A stretch of DNA of 64,000 nt, taken from NCBI GenBank assembly GCA_036918135.1, contig JBALDB010000031.1:55838-119837 (forward strand), in the 5' to 3' direction. This stretch comes from Nostoc sp. Its GTDB lineage: Bacteria; Cyanobacteriota; Cyanobacteriia; Cyanobacteriales; Nostocaceae. A program made the position numbers and the translations under genes. How positions within the stretch are numbered: position 1 is the stretch's first letter; each line of letters starts with the position of its first letter. Shown piece after piece: positions 38,775-49,951 of this stretch. The notes beneath the pieces were generated by a model. That model was not told the DNA's origin, did not search any database, and worked only from the letters and a program-made list of their open reading frames with translations.

Positions 38775-41348
38775 ATGAAAGCAGGGCACATTGATACAGA
38801 AGTGGCGAGGCTAGAAGCCCTCCGCCAGTATCAAATTCTTGACACCGAACCCGAACAAGCTTACGACAATCTTGCTCAGTTAGCGGCATTTATTTGTGGC
38901 ACTCCTATCTCCTTGGTAAATTTCATTGATGAAAACCGTCAATGGTTTAAAGCAAAAGTAGGTTTAAACGTATCAGAAATGCCCCGGAGTGTTGGGTTAT
39001 CTCGCCTTTGCCAAGAGCAGCGTAACGTTGTTGTGGTTCCAGATACGCTAGCTAATGACGAATTGGCGAAGAATGCAGTAGTAATTGGCTATCCCTATGT
39101 ACGGTTTTATGCAGGTGTACCTCTAATTACTCCCAAAGGAGATATGCTGGGAACTCTGTGCGTAATTGACCGAGTTCCTAAAGAATTGAGCGAAAAACAA
39201 ATCGAGGCGCTTGAGGGTCTGAGTCGCTTAGTGATTGACCAACTAGAACTGAGGCGTTATGTAAGTGAGGTATCTCAAATTACTGAGAAACTAGTGGTGC
39301 AGGAACAAACAGCACGCGCCGAGTCGGAAGCAGCCAGAACCCGCATTACTAATATTTTTGAAAGTATCACTGATGCCTTTTTGACTTTGGATCGAAAATG
39401 GCGATTTACCTACATTAATGGTCAAGCAGAACAGGTGTTACAAAAAACCCAAAATCAGCTTTTGGGTAAAAATATTTGGCAAGTTTTTCCGGGAATTATC
39501 GGCACAGCATTTGAAAAGCAGTATCGCAAAGCAGTCTTAGAACACGTGAGTGTAGAATTTGAGGAGTTTTATCCGCCCCTCAAGCGCTGGTTTAAAGTCC
39601 ATGCTTATCCAGGAAAAGACGGCTTATCTGTTTATTTTCAAGACATTACTGAACGACGGCGAACAGCAGAAGCACTTCAAGAAAGTGAAGAACGTTGGCA
39701 ATTAGCATTACAGGGTAATAATGATGGTATTTGGGACTGGAACATCAAAACTAATGAAGTGTTCTTCTCAACTCAGTGGAAGGAAATGCTGGGGTATGAA
39801 GACCACGAAGTTTCCAATTGCTGGGATGAATGGACAAAACTAATCCATCCTGATGAGCGAGATTTGGTACTTCAGACCTTTGAGGATCACTTTGCCCAGA
39901 AAACACCATTTTATGTCTGTGAGTATCGAGTCCAATGCCGAGACGGCAGCTATAAATGGATTCTGGATCGAGGACAGGCACTTTGGGACGCATTAGGTAA
40001 TGTAGTGCGAATGGTTGGTTCTTATACTGATATCACAGATCGCAAGCGAACAGAAGAGGAATTAAAGCGACAGAGTTGGCGATCGCAATTATTTTCCGAA
40101 ATTACTCTTAAAATTCGAGAATCTTTACAAATAGACGAAATTCTCCAAACTACTGTTACTGAAGTACAAGAACTCTTGCAAGCTGACCGAGTTTTAATTT
40201 TTCAACTATCAGCTGACGGTTCGGGAACAGTTGTACAAGAGGCTGTACTACCTGGTTGGCCTGTAATTTTAGGTAAAAATATTATCGACCCTTGCTTTAA
40301 AGCAGAATACTTAGAAAGATATCGCCAGGGAAGAATTAGTGCGATTGAAGACATTGAAACCGCTTATATTCAACCTTGCCATCGAGAATTTCTTGAGCAG
40401 TTTGCTGTCAGAGCTAACCTCGTAGTCCCAATTATTGTCAGAGAAAGCATTTGGGGCTTATTATTGGCTCACCAATGCGCTGCGCCTCGAAAGTGGAATA
40501 ACTTTGAGATAGAGTTGTTACAGCAACTAGCCAACCAAATTGGCATTGCTTTATCTCAGGCGCAACTATTAGAACAGCAAACTCACCAAAGTGAAGAACT
40601 CGCCCGTTCTAATGCGGAATTAGAACAATTTGCTTACGTAGCTTCCCATGACTTGCAAGAGCCATTGCGGATGATAACCAGTTATTTACAGTTACTTGAA
40701 AGAAGATACAAAAATCAACTTGATATTAATGCCGATGAGTTTATCAACTACGCAGTAGATGGGGCACGGCGGATGCAGACACTAATCAATGATTTGTTGA
40801 ACTACTCCCGCGTCAGCACCCGTGGACAACCCTTTATCCGAGTTGATTGTAATGCTGTTTTAAAACAGGCGATCGCAAATCTCCAACTAGCGATCGCAGA
40901 AAGTAAAGCAGTTGTCACTTATGATACTTTGCCTGAAGTGATGGTTGATGCTACCCAGCTAACACAAGTATTTCAAAACCTCATCAGTAACGCTATCAAA
41001 TTTTGTCAAAATCAGCACCCACGAGTTCACATCGGGGTAGTGAGGGGAGATGGAGAGCAACAGAGCAATCAAGAATCTTTCTCCTCTGCCTCCCTGCCAC
41101 TCCCCAGTGCCGCCAACGAATATATTTTCTGGGTGCGCGATAATGGTATTGGTTTAGAACCCCAGTATGCTGAACGTATTTTTATAATTTTTCAGCGCTT
41201 GCATGGTAGAGATAAGTATGCGGGTACTGGTATTGGTCTAGCAATTTGTAAGAAAATTATAGAACGCCATGGTGGGCGGATCTGGGTTGAGTCGAAATCG
41301 AGTCAAGGCTCGACTTTCTACTTCACAATTCCAGATAGAAGCTCTTAA
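38775..41348 (+). CDS. GAF-PAS-PAS-GAF(cyanobacteriochrome)-histidine kinase
   Basis: Second GAF has ADRVLIF…DPCF…PCH…RANLVVPI; Cph1-type H-box SHDLQEPLR; HATPase. Confidence 0.9.
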   Translation: MKAGHIDTEVARLEALRQYQILDTEPEQAYDNLAQLAAFICGTPISLVNFIDENRQWFKAKVGLNVSEMPRSVGLSRLCQEQRNVVVVPDTLANDELAKNAVVIGYPYVRFYAGVPLITPKGDMLGTLCVIDRVPKELSEKQIEALEGLSRLVIDQLELRRYVSEVSQITEKLVVQEQTARAESEAARTRITNIFESITDAFLTLDRKWRFTYINGQAEQVLQKTQNQLLGKNIWQVFPGIIGTAFEKQYRKAVLEHVSVEFEEFYPPLKRWFKVHAYPGKDGLSVYFQDITERRRTAEALQESEERWQLALQGNNDGIWDWNIKTNEVFFSTQWKEMLGYEDHEVSNCWDEWTKLIHPDERDLVLQTFEDHFAQKTPFYVCEYRVQCRDGSYKWILDRGQALWDALGNVVRMVGSYTDITDRKRTEEELKRQSWRSQLFSEITLKIRESLQIDEILQTTVTEVQELLQADRVLIFQLSADGSGTVVQEAVLPGWPVILGKNIIDPCFKAEYLERYRQGRISAIEDIETAYIQPCHREFLEQFAVRANLVVPIIVRESIWGLLLAHQCAAPRKWNNFEIELLQQLANQIGIALSQAQLLEQQTHQSEELARSNAELEQFAYVASHDLQEPLRMITSYLQLLERRYKNQLDINADEFINYAVDGARRMQTLINDLLNYSRVSTRGQPFIRVDCNAVLKQAIANLQLAIAESKAVVTYDTLPEVMVDATQLTQVFQNLISNAIKFCQNQHPRVHIGVVRGDGEQQSNQESFSSASLPLPSAANEYIFWVRDNGIGLEPQYAERIFIIFQRLHGRDKYAGTGIGLAICKKIIERHGGRIWVESKSSQGSTFYFTIPDRSS

Positions 41349-41360
41349 GCAATCGTAAAC

Positions 41361-41798
41361 ATGCAAGCGATTATACCTATTGAGGTTTTGTTAGTAGAGG
41401 ACAATCCTGGTGATGCTCAACTTACACGCATCGCCCTGGAAGATAGCAAAATCTCGATTCACCTGAACGTCGTGGAAGATGGTGTCGAGGCAATGGCATT
41501 CTTGCGAAAACAGGAAAAATATGTTACAGCAGCTCATCCAGATATTGTGCTGCTCGATTTGAATCTCCCCAAAAAAGATGGGCGAGAAGTATTGGCAGAA
41601 ATTAAAGCAGATGAAAAGCTCAAACGAATTCCTGTAGTCGTTTTGACGACTTCCCAAGCTGAAGAAGACATCATCAAAGCTTATAATCTATCTGCAAACT
41701 GTTACATAACTAAGCCAGTAGATTTCGATCAATTCGTTAAAATTATAAAATCAATCGAAAATTTTTGGTTTACGATCGTAAAACTGCCACCGGAGTAA
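41361..41798 (+). CDS. Rcp1-like single-domain response regulator
   Basis: LVEDNPGD, LLDLNLP, LTTS, ANCYITKPVDF, FWF C-terminal motif. Confidence 0.92.
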   Translation: MQAIIPIEVLLVEDNPGDAQLTRIALEDSKISIHLNVVEDGVEAMAFLRKQEKYVTAAHPDIVLLDLNLPKKDGREVLAEIKADEKLKRIPVVVLTTSQAEEDIIKAYNLSANCYITKPVDFDQFVKIIKSIENFWFTIVKLPPE

Positions 41799-44080
41799 TG
41801 GCAATGGCAGGCGAAAATATAAAAGTCTTGTTAGTAGAAGACAATCCTGGCGATGTATTTTTGTTACAGGAGTTTTTAAAGGAAGTTAACACAGTTGTAG
41901 TTGAGTTAATGCCGGTTGAGCGGCTTGAGAAAGCACTCAACCACCTAGCAAATGAAATTTTTGATGTCATTCTGTTAGACCTTTCGCTACCAGACAGCCA
42001 AGGACTGGAAACTTTTGTTACTGCTTACCAACAGGCAAAAGCAACTCCAATCATTGTGCTAACAGGTATAAACGATGAAACCCTAGCAACTAGGGCAATG
42101 CAGGAAGGAGCGCAGGATTATTTAGTCAAAGGGCAAGTAACTGGCGATTTGCTGGTACGTTCGATGCGTTATGCAATTGAACGTCAACGAGCAGACAACG
42201 CGCTACGACAGAGTGAAGAGCGATTTCGCGTAGCCTTGAAAAACTCTCCCATTTTTGTCTACAACCAAGACCGGGAGTTACGGTACACTTGGGTTTACAA
42301 TCCTTCCTATGGATTGACGGTTGAGCAAATATTGGGCAAAAAAGACTTGGATATCATCTGTGCCGAAGATGCCCAACATCTCACCACCATCAAACTTGAG
42401 GTACTAAGCAGTGGCATAGGAACACGAGAAGAAGTATCAATTACAACTAAACACACAACTCGATATTACGATTTGACAGTTGAGCCATTGCGGAATGAAT
42501 CCCAAGAAGTTATCGGGGTGACTTGCGCCAGTATCGATATTAGCGAACGGCAAATTGCATTGCACGAACACAAATTAGCCCAAGAAAAAATTAAAGAACA
42601 AGCAGCATTACTTGATGTCACCACAGATGCTATTTGCGTGCGAGATTTAAATAATCAAATTATCTTCTGGAACAAAGGCGCAGAAACACTTTACGGCTGG
42701 CAAGCTACAGAGGTTAGGGGAAAAAGTGTGACTGAGCTTTTGTTTGACGAACCTTCACCAGAAATCGAAGCCGCTGTTTTAGAAGTTATTAATAAAGGTA
42801 AGTGGCAGGGTGAGTTAACTAAAATTACCAAAACTGGCGAAGAAGTCCTCGTCGCCAGTCGTTGGAGTCTGGTATGTGATGAAGAGGGAAAGCCCAAATC
42901 AATTCTGAGTGTTGACACAGATATTACCGACAAAAAACACCTAGAAGCCCAATTGTTTCGTGCTCAACGTTTAGAAAGCATCGGCACCTTAGCCAGTGGC
43001 ATTGCTCACGACCTCAACAATATTCTGACGCCGATTTTGGCAGGAGCGCAACTATTACCACTCAAATTTCCCCATGCAGATGAGCGGACTCGCCATCTAC
43101 TAGAAATTTTAGAAATTAACGCTAAACGCGGAGCCGATTTAGTCAAGCAGGTGCTATCCTTTGCGCGGGGTGTGGAAGGAAAACGCATTACTTTGCAACT
43201 CAAGCATTTAATTATGGAAGTTGCCAAGATTCTTAAAGAGACATTTCCCAAATCTATAGAAATTAGTACTGATATACCTCAGGATTTGTGGATGGTTTCT
43301 GGAGATAGTACCCAACTCCATCAAGTACTAATGAACCTCTGTGTTAATGCTCGTGATGCTATGCCTAATAGCGGTAGTTTGACAATCTCTGGACAAAATC
43401 TGTTTATTGACGAAAATTATGCGCGGATGAACTTAGAAGCCAAGGTTGGAGCTTATACAGTGATTACAGTTTCCGATACTGGAGTTGGGATTCCTGGGGA
43501 AATCTTGGATAGAATTTTTGAGCCATTTTATACCACAAAAGATGTCGGACAAGGCACAGGCTTAGGACTTTCCACCGTACTGGGAATCATTAAAAGCCAC
43601 GGAGGTTTTATCAACGTGTACAGCGAACTCGGAAGTGGCACTAGCTTTAAAGTTTACTTACCAGCCGTAGGGGGAATGGAAACATTCACCTTAGAAGATT
43701 CGCTGCCACAGACAGGACATGGAGAATTGATTTTGGTTGTGGATGATGAAGTGGCGATTCAAGAGGTTACTAAATCATCACTGGAAACTCACAACTACAA
43801 GACCTTAGTTGCGAGTGATGGGATTGAAGCGATCGCACTATACGCTAAAAATGCGGATAAAATTAATGCTGTATTAATCGATATTATGCTGCCTTCACTC
43901 GACGGTTTAACTGCCATCCGCACCTTGAAAAAAATCAACCCACAAGTCAAAATTATTGCCACCAGTGGATTGATGTCCAAGCGGAAGCTAAGTACAGTTA
44001 CTGACATTGGTGTGAATACATTTTTGTCCAAACCATATACTATCAAAGAATTATTGCTTTGTTTACAAAAAGTACTTTGA
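41798..44080 (+). CDS. REC-PAS-PAS-HisKA-HATPase-REC hybrid kinase
   Basis: TAATG overlap with the upstream stop places the start at 41798; AHDLNNIL, NARDAM, GTGLGL. Confidence 0.9.
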   Translation: MAMAGENIKVLLVEDNPGDVFLLQEFLKEVNTVVVELMPVERLEKALNHLANEIFDVILLDLSLPDSQGLETFVTAYQQAKATPIIVLTGINDETLATRAMQEGAQDYLVKGQVTGDLLVRSMRYAIERQRADNALRQSEERFRVALKNSPIFVYNQDRELRYTWVYNPSYGLTVEQILGKKDLDIICAEDAQHLTTIKLEVLSSGIGTREEVSITTKHTTRYYDLTVEPLRNESQEVIGVTCASIDISERQIALHEHKLAQEKIKEQAALLDVTTDAICVRDLNNQIIFWNKGAETLYGWQATEVRGKSVTELLFDEPSPEIEAAVLEVINKGKWQGELTKITKTGEEVLVASRWSLVCDEEGKPKSILSVDTDITDKKHLEAQLFRAQRLESIGTLASGIAHDLNNILTPILAGAQLLPLKFPHADERTRHLLEILEINAKRGADLVKQVLSFARGVEGKRITLQLKHLIMEVAKILKETFPKSIEISTDIPQDLWMVSGDSTQLHQVLMNLCVNARDAMPNSGSLTISGQNLFIDENYARMNLEAKVGAYTVITVSDTGVGIPGEILDRIFEPFYTTKDVGQGTGLGLSTVLGIIKSHGGFINVYSELGSGTSFKVYLPAVGGMETFTLEDSLPQTGHGELILVVDDEVAIQEVTKSSLETHNYKTLVASDGIEAIALYAKNADKINAVLIDIMLPSLDGLTAIRTLKKINPQVKIIATSGLMSKRKLSTVTDIGVNTFLSKPYTIKELLLCLQKVL

Positions 44081-44293
44081 TTGTCACAAGACTACTTCGC
44101 CCAAATCTAGCCTCGGCAAGCTTAGCGTAGACATTTCTGAGATTTGATATCATTGAGCATCGACTGACACACTCCGCTTAAGGAAAGTGGCGAGTCTTTT
44201 AGATTTTAGATTTGAGATTTGAGGTTGAAATTTGATCCCAAATCAAAATTTAAAATCCAAAATTGAATTGCTCCCCGCCCAATCTCTTTTAGT

Positions 44294-45202
44294 ATGCCTC
44301 AACTTCTTAAGTTAATCATAAATATAGTAGTCTTAGCCGCGTTGTTAATTATATCTCTCCAAGTTTGGGCGCAAGAATGGCGTCCAGTTCGTGGCGGTAT
44401 TACTTTTGGGATCAGTGGTATGGCTTTGATAAAGCAGCAAAGCAATTCTTTAGATTTTCTGATTGTTCATGATAATAAAAAACCCAGTCAAAGCCGATTA
44501 TCAATTATTAGTATCAAAGGAAAAAATCAACCTGAATATTTTTCTTTAAACTGGCCAATAAAAATAGAATTAGCTATTGATTTAGAGTCGATAACATCTG
44601 TTCCTCAATCAAATTCAGATTTTATTGCTTTAAGCAGTACGGGAAAAGCTTATTATTTGAGATTAGATATTGCTCAAAAAAATATTAATATTATTAAAGA
44701 ATTTAATTTACCATCAATTACCCCAAAAAGTAATTTAGAAGCATTTGGCTTACAATATATAGATGGTAAATTAATAGCCATTTGGGCCGATCGCGGAGAG
44801 AGAGAAACAGCAGCAACTATTTATTTTGGAGAATATAATCCCAAGACTTATGAAATTAAGCTTTCAGGTTATGGTAACTTTAAAGTACCATTTCCTTCCG
44901 GAAATGTCCGACATATTTCTGATTTAAAAGTAGACTCGTTGGGAATTGTTTACATCACAGCAGCAAGCGATGCCGGAGATGACGGCCCATTTCAATCAGC
45001 TGTATATGTTGCTGGTTACTTGGGATTGTGTGGTAATTATATAACTTGGCGATCGCATCCTCAGCTTGTTCCCCTTTACCGCTCTTACTACCACAAAATT
45101 GAAGCAATAGAACTTATTCCCGGTGCAGAAGGCGGTATAATTGTGGGCACAGATGACGAAAATCTCGGTTCCTATATCTACATTGTGGGTGGAAGTAGCT
45201 GA
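44294..45202 (+). CDS. Secreted hypothetical protein, possible beta-propeller
   Basis: Signal peptide; repeated ISG/LES/LEA/ISD/IEA blade-like motifs; GTDDE. Confidence 0.7.
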   Translation: MPQLLKLIINIVVLAALLIISLQVWAQEWRPVRGGITFGISGMALIKQQSNSLDFLIVHDNKKPSQSRLSIISIKGKNQPEYFSLNWPIKIELAIDLESITSVPQSNSDFIALSSTGKAYYLRLDIAQKNINIIKEFNLPSITPKSNLEAFGLQYIDGKLIAIWADRGERETAATIYFGEYNPKTYEIKLSGYGNFKVPFPSGNVRHISDLKVDSLGIVYITAASDAGDDGPFQSAVYVAGYLGLCGNYITWRSHPQLVPLYRSYYHKIEAIELIPGAEGGIIVGTDDENLGSYIYIVGGSS

Positions 45203-45274
45203 ATGTGACAGCGCTTTTCAAATAATTCAACTACACCACTCCCTACTCCCATTCCTCAATCACCAAATAATTAC

Positions 45275-45388
45275 TAAGTAGAACGGTGTGGAAAAAAGCT
45301 ATGTTAATAAAAATTAAATAGGCTTAAACCCTCTTCCCTCCTGCCTCCTGCCTCATTCCAACGATAAATATTCACACCGACCTACTTA
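45275..45388. mobile_element. MITE-like element, copy 2
   Basis: TAAGTAGAACGGTGTG … CACACCGACCTACTTA inverted ends; same family as 8606-8736. Confidence 0.65.
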
Positions 45389-45389
45389 A

Positions 45390-46175
45390 TTAGCGGAAAT
45401 TATTAGGATTTAGGCGAACAGAACTTGGTTGAGACTGACGCCGAATTGCGACTCCATTGCGGAGGTTTCTAGCAGTACCACCATCTTTGGCATCGAGGAA
45501 AGGCTTAAGATTAATATCGCCTCTATATGAATTAACTCGATTATTGCCACCACCTAGAAGTGTACGTCCTAAATTATATAAGCTGTTTCCTGTTGTGCGA
45601 TCGCCATAAGTGTTAACGGCTATGGTTTGCTGTCCGCTGTCAGCAGTAGTTAAGTTTTGGAAAATACTATTGCGGATAATATAAGGATCTTTGCCAGGCG
45701 GTACTGTCAACACAATTCTACAGCTGGGATTAGTTTGAGTTGTAACGCAGACAATATTTTCGTTATTTTCTACAGATGTCTGGAGTTCTTGTAAGCCATC
45801 TGGGCGATACTGTTCCAAGCGGTTGGCAATTGCTACACAACGCCTTTGTGCATCCCAACCACCGCCCAAAGTTGCAGGTGTCGCCCAAGGAAAGTATTGT
45901 CCTGGCTGACTTTGTGGCTGATACATCACGGTGTACTGACCATTGTAAGTCTGACAGGTAAAGCGAGTTGTACCGTCAACTGAAGGTGAAGGTGGTATGT
46001 TTGTTGATGTGTCAATTGGTATCGGTGATGATGTACCATCTGATGGCACTGTTGGTACTACTACACCATTGTCAGTAGAGTCATATTGCGCCATTGCGGC
46101 GGAATTGCCCAGACACAAAGATAAGCCAAGACTGCCTAAAGATATCAATCGTAGCAGTTTTGAAGACATAACCAT
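45390..46175 (-). CDS. COP23 domain protein
   Basis: TRFTC…GGGWDAQRRCVAIANRL…NENIVC…CRIVLTVPPG; signal peptide. Confidence 0.85.
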   Translation of the reverse strand: MVMSSKLLRLISLGSLGLSLCLGNSAAMAQYDSTDNGVVVPTVPSDGTSSPIPIDTSTNIPPSPSVDGTTRFTCQTYNGQYTVMYQPQSQPGQYFPWATPATLGGGWDAQRRCVAIANRLEQYRPDGLQELQTSVENNENIVCVTTQTNPSCRIVLTVPPGKDPYIIRNSIFQNLTTADSGQQTIAVNTYGDRTTGNSLYNLGRTLLGGGNNRVNSYRGDINLKPFLDAKDGGTARNLRNGVAIRRQSQPSSVRLNPNNFR

Positions 46176-46248
46176 CCTCCACTAAAAATCGGTAGGGAAT
46201 TGATAGTTTTAAGGACGAATAATTTTGTTTTTTGATTCATTAAAAACG

Positions 46249-47886
46249 CTATTTTTTTTCTTCTCTGGCTTTTTTCTCTGTAAGTAGCTTTTTCACTCGT
46301 GCTTGAATTTCTCTATGATGCCCGACTCCTTCGTAGGCGTAACGGTTGTAGTTACTACGGGTAATCAGGTTTTCTAAATCACTAACTCGCTCCCTACCAC
46401 CTGGGTGCGAAGACAACCAACTCGGAGGAGTATTTTTTTGCTGTTTTTCTAGTGTCACCATTAAGTTACGCAAGCCATCAGCAGCGTAGCCAGTAGCAAC
46501 AATTAACCGTGTGCCAAGTGTATCTGCCTGACGTTCCATGTCGCGGCTGTAACTGAGTGCAAAAAGTTGACCGATGGTGCCGCCTAAAGGAATATATTGA
46601 GTAACGTTAGAAATTAAGTTGCCTTGGGTGATTAATTGAAAGCCGTGGGATAAAACAACATGAGATAATTCATGACCGATTAACCCAGCTAATTCTGCTT
46701 CGGAATTACTTTTAGCGATCGCACCTGCATTAATAAAAATTTTACCTCCAGGTAATGCAAAAGCATTAAGACTTTCCTCTGGAATCACGAAAAATTCGTA
46801 TTGAAAGTCCTCACGTCCAGTTACTTTGGCTAATTTCTGTCCGATTTCATTCACGTATCCCAAAACAGCTTCATCTGTAATTACATGCAACTGTTTTTTT
46901 GCCTCTTTAGCCGCAGATTCACCTATAGCTGTTTCACCTTGTAACAGGATAATCGTAGAATCAAGAGCCGAAAATGGCCCGAGTAAACTGCCAGTAGCGG
47001 CGTAACCTAATGCACCTGTAATAATATTACCGATCAGGTTGCCTCTAATTTCGGCTCGGATATGAGTTTTGTAACGTTTGAGATTTTCCTCGGCTAAGTT
47101 TGTAAACTCAGGCGCTTGGGGATCTTTAGGGTTGAGAATGGCAAATTGACGCGCCGCTAAAGAGGCTTCCATCCATTTTTTCTCATTAGCCAAGGCAGTG
47201 ACTTCAGCTTTAATCAATTCCGGTTGGTCTGGATAAAGCGAAGATGCTCGTTCTAATACATTTAACGCTTCTTTGGGGCGATCGTATTGTTTCAATACTT
47301 CAGCATATCGAAGATGACCGGGGATAAATTCTGGATATTGCTCAACCAATAATTGTAGGGGTACAAAAATTCGTGTTTGCAACTTTTTTGCTATCCCTGC
47401 TTCTGATTCTCGCCAATATACCTGACCTCCTGGGGATAGTTGCGTGGGGTCAACTATGGCTGGTTTACGTTCTTCAGATGTGCTAGTTTTGGCAAAAGGT
47501 TCTTTTAGCTGGCGATAAATTTTTTCTGCCTCTGGGATTTGTCCGGCTAAATAAAGTCTATCCGCTTCAATAAATTTTAGCTGACGGGTAATTTCTTCCG
47601 GACTGAGTGTAGGTTCCTGTGCAGACTCTGGCTTTTTCGGTTCCGAAACTTCTGGCGAGGCTTCTGGTGTTGATGGTTGCAACACTTCCCGTAACTTTTG
47701 GTCTTTAGTCGTTTCTGAACTGGGTGAGTTTATGGTTTCAACCGTAGTAGATGCAGCAGGTTCTTGTGCCGGAACGGGTGCTGTTGGCTGCGTCAAGATA
47801 ATCAAAATTGATGTGCCAACTGACAGTAATACCCAGTTACAAGTTAGCAGTAGAGACTTCCAGGTTCGTTTCATGCTGGGTAACAC
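46249..47886 (-). CDS. M48-family metallopeptidase with TPR region
   Basis: NAFALPGG, HELSH, YSRDMERQAD, SSHP. Confidence 0.92.
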   Translation of the reverse strand: MLPSMKRTWKSLLLTCNWVLLSVGTSILIILTQPTAPVPAQEPAASTTVETINSPSSETTKDQKLREVLQPSTPEASPEVSEPKKPESAQEPTLSPEEITRQLKFIEADRLYLAGQIPEAEKIYRQLKEPFAKTSTSEERKPAIVDPTQLSPGGQVYWRESEAGIAKKLQTRIFVPLQLLVEQYPEFIPGHLRYAEVLKQYDRPKEALNVLERASSLYPDQPELIKAEVTALANEKKWMEASLAARQFAILNPKDPQAPEFTNLAEENLKRYKTHIRAEIRGNLIGNIITGALGYAATGSLLGPFSALDSTIILLQGETAIGESAAKEAKKQLHVITDEAVLGYVNEIGQKLAKVTGREDFQYEFFVIPEESLNAFALPGGKIFINAGAIAKSNSEAELAGLIGHELSHVVLSHGFQLITQGNLISNVTQYIPLGGTIGQLFALSYSRDMERQADTLGTRLIVATGYAADGLRNLMVTLEKQQKNTPPSWLSSHPGGRERVSDLENLITRSNYNRYAYEGVGHHREIQARVKKLLTEKKAREEKK

Positions 47887-48000
47887 CTATGCAAAAGGCT
47901 GTTTTTTAAATCTTACGAGGAATTAGCAATTACGTATATGCAGCGATCGCTGCTATTTTACAACCCAAGATACTACTGCCCTTGGGGATGTGTAAAACAG

Positions 48001-48028
48001 AAAAAACCCCGGCTAATTTAACCGAGGT
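48001..48028 (-). terminator. Intrinsic terminator of psb34 transcript
   Basis: Minus strand CCTCGGTTA-AAT-TAGCCGGGG followed by a T-run. Confidence 0.75.
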
Positions 48029-48083
48029 AAAGTCGAGAAGTGAGGATGACGATGAGATACAGCGATAGGAAAATCAAAAAATC

Positions 48084-48254
48084 TTAGCTAACGCTAAAAC
48101 CAACCAAAACTAAAGTAGTGACGATTAAAGTTGCGAAAACACTTTGCATTAGGTATTTACGTTGTTCCCAAATTGCTGGGTACTCAGCATAGTACATCTT
48201 GGGTTCAGCTGCGTAGTTATTGATTATGCCTTCTTCATTTACAGTGGTATACAT
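48084..48254 (-). CDS. psb34: Psb34 / Ssl1498-family photosystem II assembly factor (56 aa, absent from ORF track)
   Basis: Hand translation MYTTVNEEGIINNYAAEPKMYYAEYPAIWEQRKYLMQSVFATLIVTTLVLVGFSVS: G.INNYA.EP.MY motif plus one TM. Confidence 0.88.
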   Translation of the reverse strand: MYTTVNEEGIINNYAAEPKMYYAEYPAIWEQRKYLMQSVFATLIVTTLVLVGFSVS

Positions 48255-48275
48255 TATTTTTTCTCTCTTGCTTCT

Positions 48276-48312
48276 TTGTTAACTTATGTAAATAAATTTA
48301 ACAAAATTGTTA
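48276..48312 (-). promoter_or_regulatory. HLR1-like (RpaB) direct repeats upstream of psb34
   Basis: Minus strand GTTAAATT-nn-TTTACATA-nn-TTAACAAA with 10-bp periodicity; the 37-bp block is identical at 48650-48686. Confidence 0.6.
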
Positions 48313-48477
48313 CAAATAGTCAACATGACTTGACAAAAAAAGATTCATAACTTAAATAAAAATTACTTATCAGCAATACGCATGAAGTTAAAACACAAAA
48401 AACCCCAGCTAAATTAGCTGAGGTAAAGAGAGAAGTACGAATGGCGATGAGATACAGCGATGTAAAATCGAAAAATC

Positions 48478-48633
48478 TTAGCTGAAGCTAAAAGCAATTA
48501 AAAATAAATTCCTAACTATGTAAAGTTAGAAAAACACCTTGTATTAAATATTTACGTTGTTCTCAAACTGCTCGCTACTGAGTTCAGTTGCCTAGCCATT
48601 AAGAACTCCGTTTACATCAACATTGGTATAAAT
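48478..48633 (-). pseudogene. Decayed tandem psb34 copy
   Basis: ATT replaces ATG; in-frame TAG after (I)YTNVDVNGVLNG; internal deletion/frameshift; same 3' UTR and terminator as the intact copy. Confidence 0.85.
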
Positions 48634-48910
48634 AATTTTTGTTGACTGCTTGTTAACTTATGTAAATAAATTTAACAAAATTGTTAAAACTCGTCAATAT
48701 GACTTAATAAAAAAATACTAATATATTCAATAAGAGTTACTTATCAGTAAGTAACAATCCAAAACCGCATCGATCAGCGGCGTAGTTACAAAGCTAGCTG
48801 ATAAAGGCGTAGTCAGCAGTCTGTGCCCTTACAGCACTCAGCATACTTCTAAAAGCTGAGTGTTCAGATTTTTGAGTGCTACTCAAAAGCAACCACAAAA
48901 AGCTGATTTA

Positions 48911-49792
48911 TTAATTAGGAGGAAATTCTAAAGCTATTTCACCCAATAATCCTTTGCGAAAATCTGTTAAGAGTTGCCTTGCAGCTCGCTCTACATCACC
49001 TTTGTAACGATGCTCTGCCAAGGCGTGTAAATATGCTTCTCCAGTGTCAGATATAGAATCGAGTTGGTATCGGGATTGTAGCGGTTTTTTCGGTAATAAA
49101 TCTGTAGCTACAGCTTCTAAATAATTTAGTAAATCTACTAACGCTGCTGCTACTAACTGATTATCGTAAGATGCCTCACCGATATCATCACAAATTGCTA
49201 ATTTTAATGCTACCTCTTGGTCTTCTAACCTGGCGGGGATAACACCAGGAGCATCTAGCAATTCCAAGTGTTCAGAAATTCGCACCCAGCGGAGTTGGCG
49301 AGTTACCCCAGGACGGGCTGCACTTTCGACCACTCGCCGTCCTAACAGACGATTAATCAAAGCTGATTTACCGACATTGGGAAAACCAATCACCACAGCT
49401 CGCACTGGACGAGGTAACATGCCGCGATCGCTTCTTCTTTTATTGAGTTCTACTCCAGCAGCTTGCGCTGCCCGTGCCACTTCTGCTATACCTTTACCAT
49501 GTTGAGCATTGGTAAAATAAGGGACTTGTTCTTGACGTTTAAACCAATCTAGCCACAGCGATCGCATTTGTGGTGTAATCATATCTACTCGGTTGAGGAT
49601 CAACACGCGTGTTTTCCCCTCTACCCACTCAGTTATTTGCGGATGGTGAGTCGCTAAAGGAATCCGCGCATCTCGTACCTCAAACACCACATCTACACGT
49701 TTGAGCTGTTCTTTAAGATTCTTTTCAGCTTTAGCTATGTGACCTGGATACCATTGAATCAGGTTTAATTTATAGTTTTGCGTAATTGCCAT
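48911..49792 (-). CDS. ylqF: Ribosome biogenesis GTPase YlqF/RbgA
   Basis: IQWYPGHIAKA, DARIP, GFPNVGKS, PGVT, DAPG. Confidence 0.95.
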   Translation of the reverse strand: MAITQNYKLNLIQWYPGHIAKAEKNLKEQLKRVDVVFEVRDARIPLATHHPQITEWVEGKTRVLILNRVDMITPQMRSLWLDWFKRQEQVPYFTNAQHGKGIAEVARAAQAAGVELNKRRSDRGMLPRPVRAVVIGFPNVGKSALINRLLGRRVVESAARPGVTRQLRWVRISEHLELLDAPGVIPARLEDQEVALKLAICDDIGEASYDNQLVAAALVDLLNYLEAVATDLLPKKPLQSRYQLDSISDTGEAYLHALAEHRYKGDVERAARQLLTDFRKGLLGEIALEFPPN

Positions 49793-49951
49793 TTTTGATT
49801 TGTCCTTTGTCTTTTGTTATTTATCCTCTGGGGCAAAGTTGAGCTACTGCATTCGATGGGTTTGTTAGCAGCCAAGCAAGTGGTGTCAGATTCCCCCAAG
49901 TCTGCGAGTCTTAGCTTTACATGTGATTAATCAGTTGTCCTTTACAAATGA

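Noticed and set aside
48162..48350. 62-aa plus-strand ORF in the track
   Set aside because: Antisense shadow of the real psb34 gene and its promoter.
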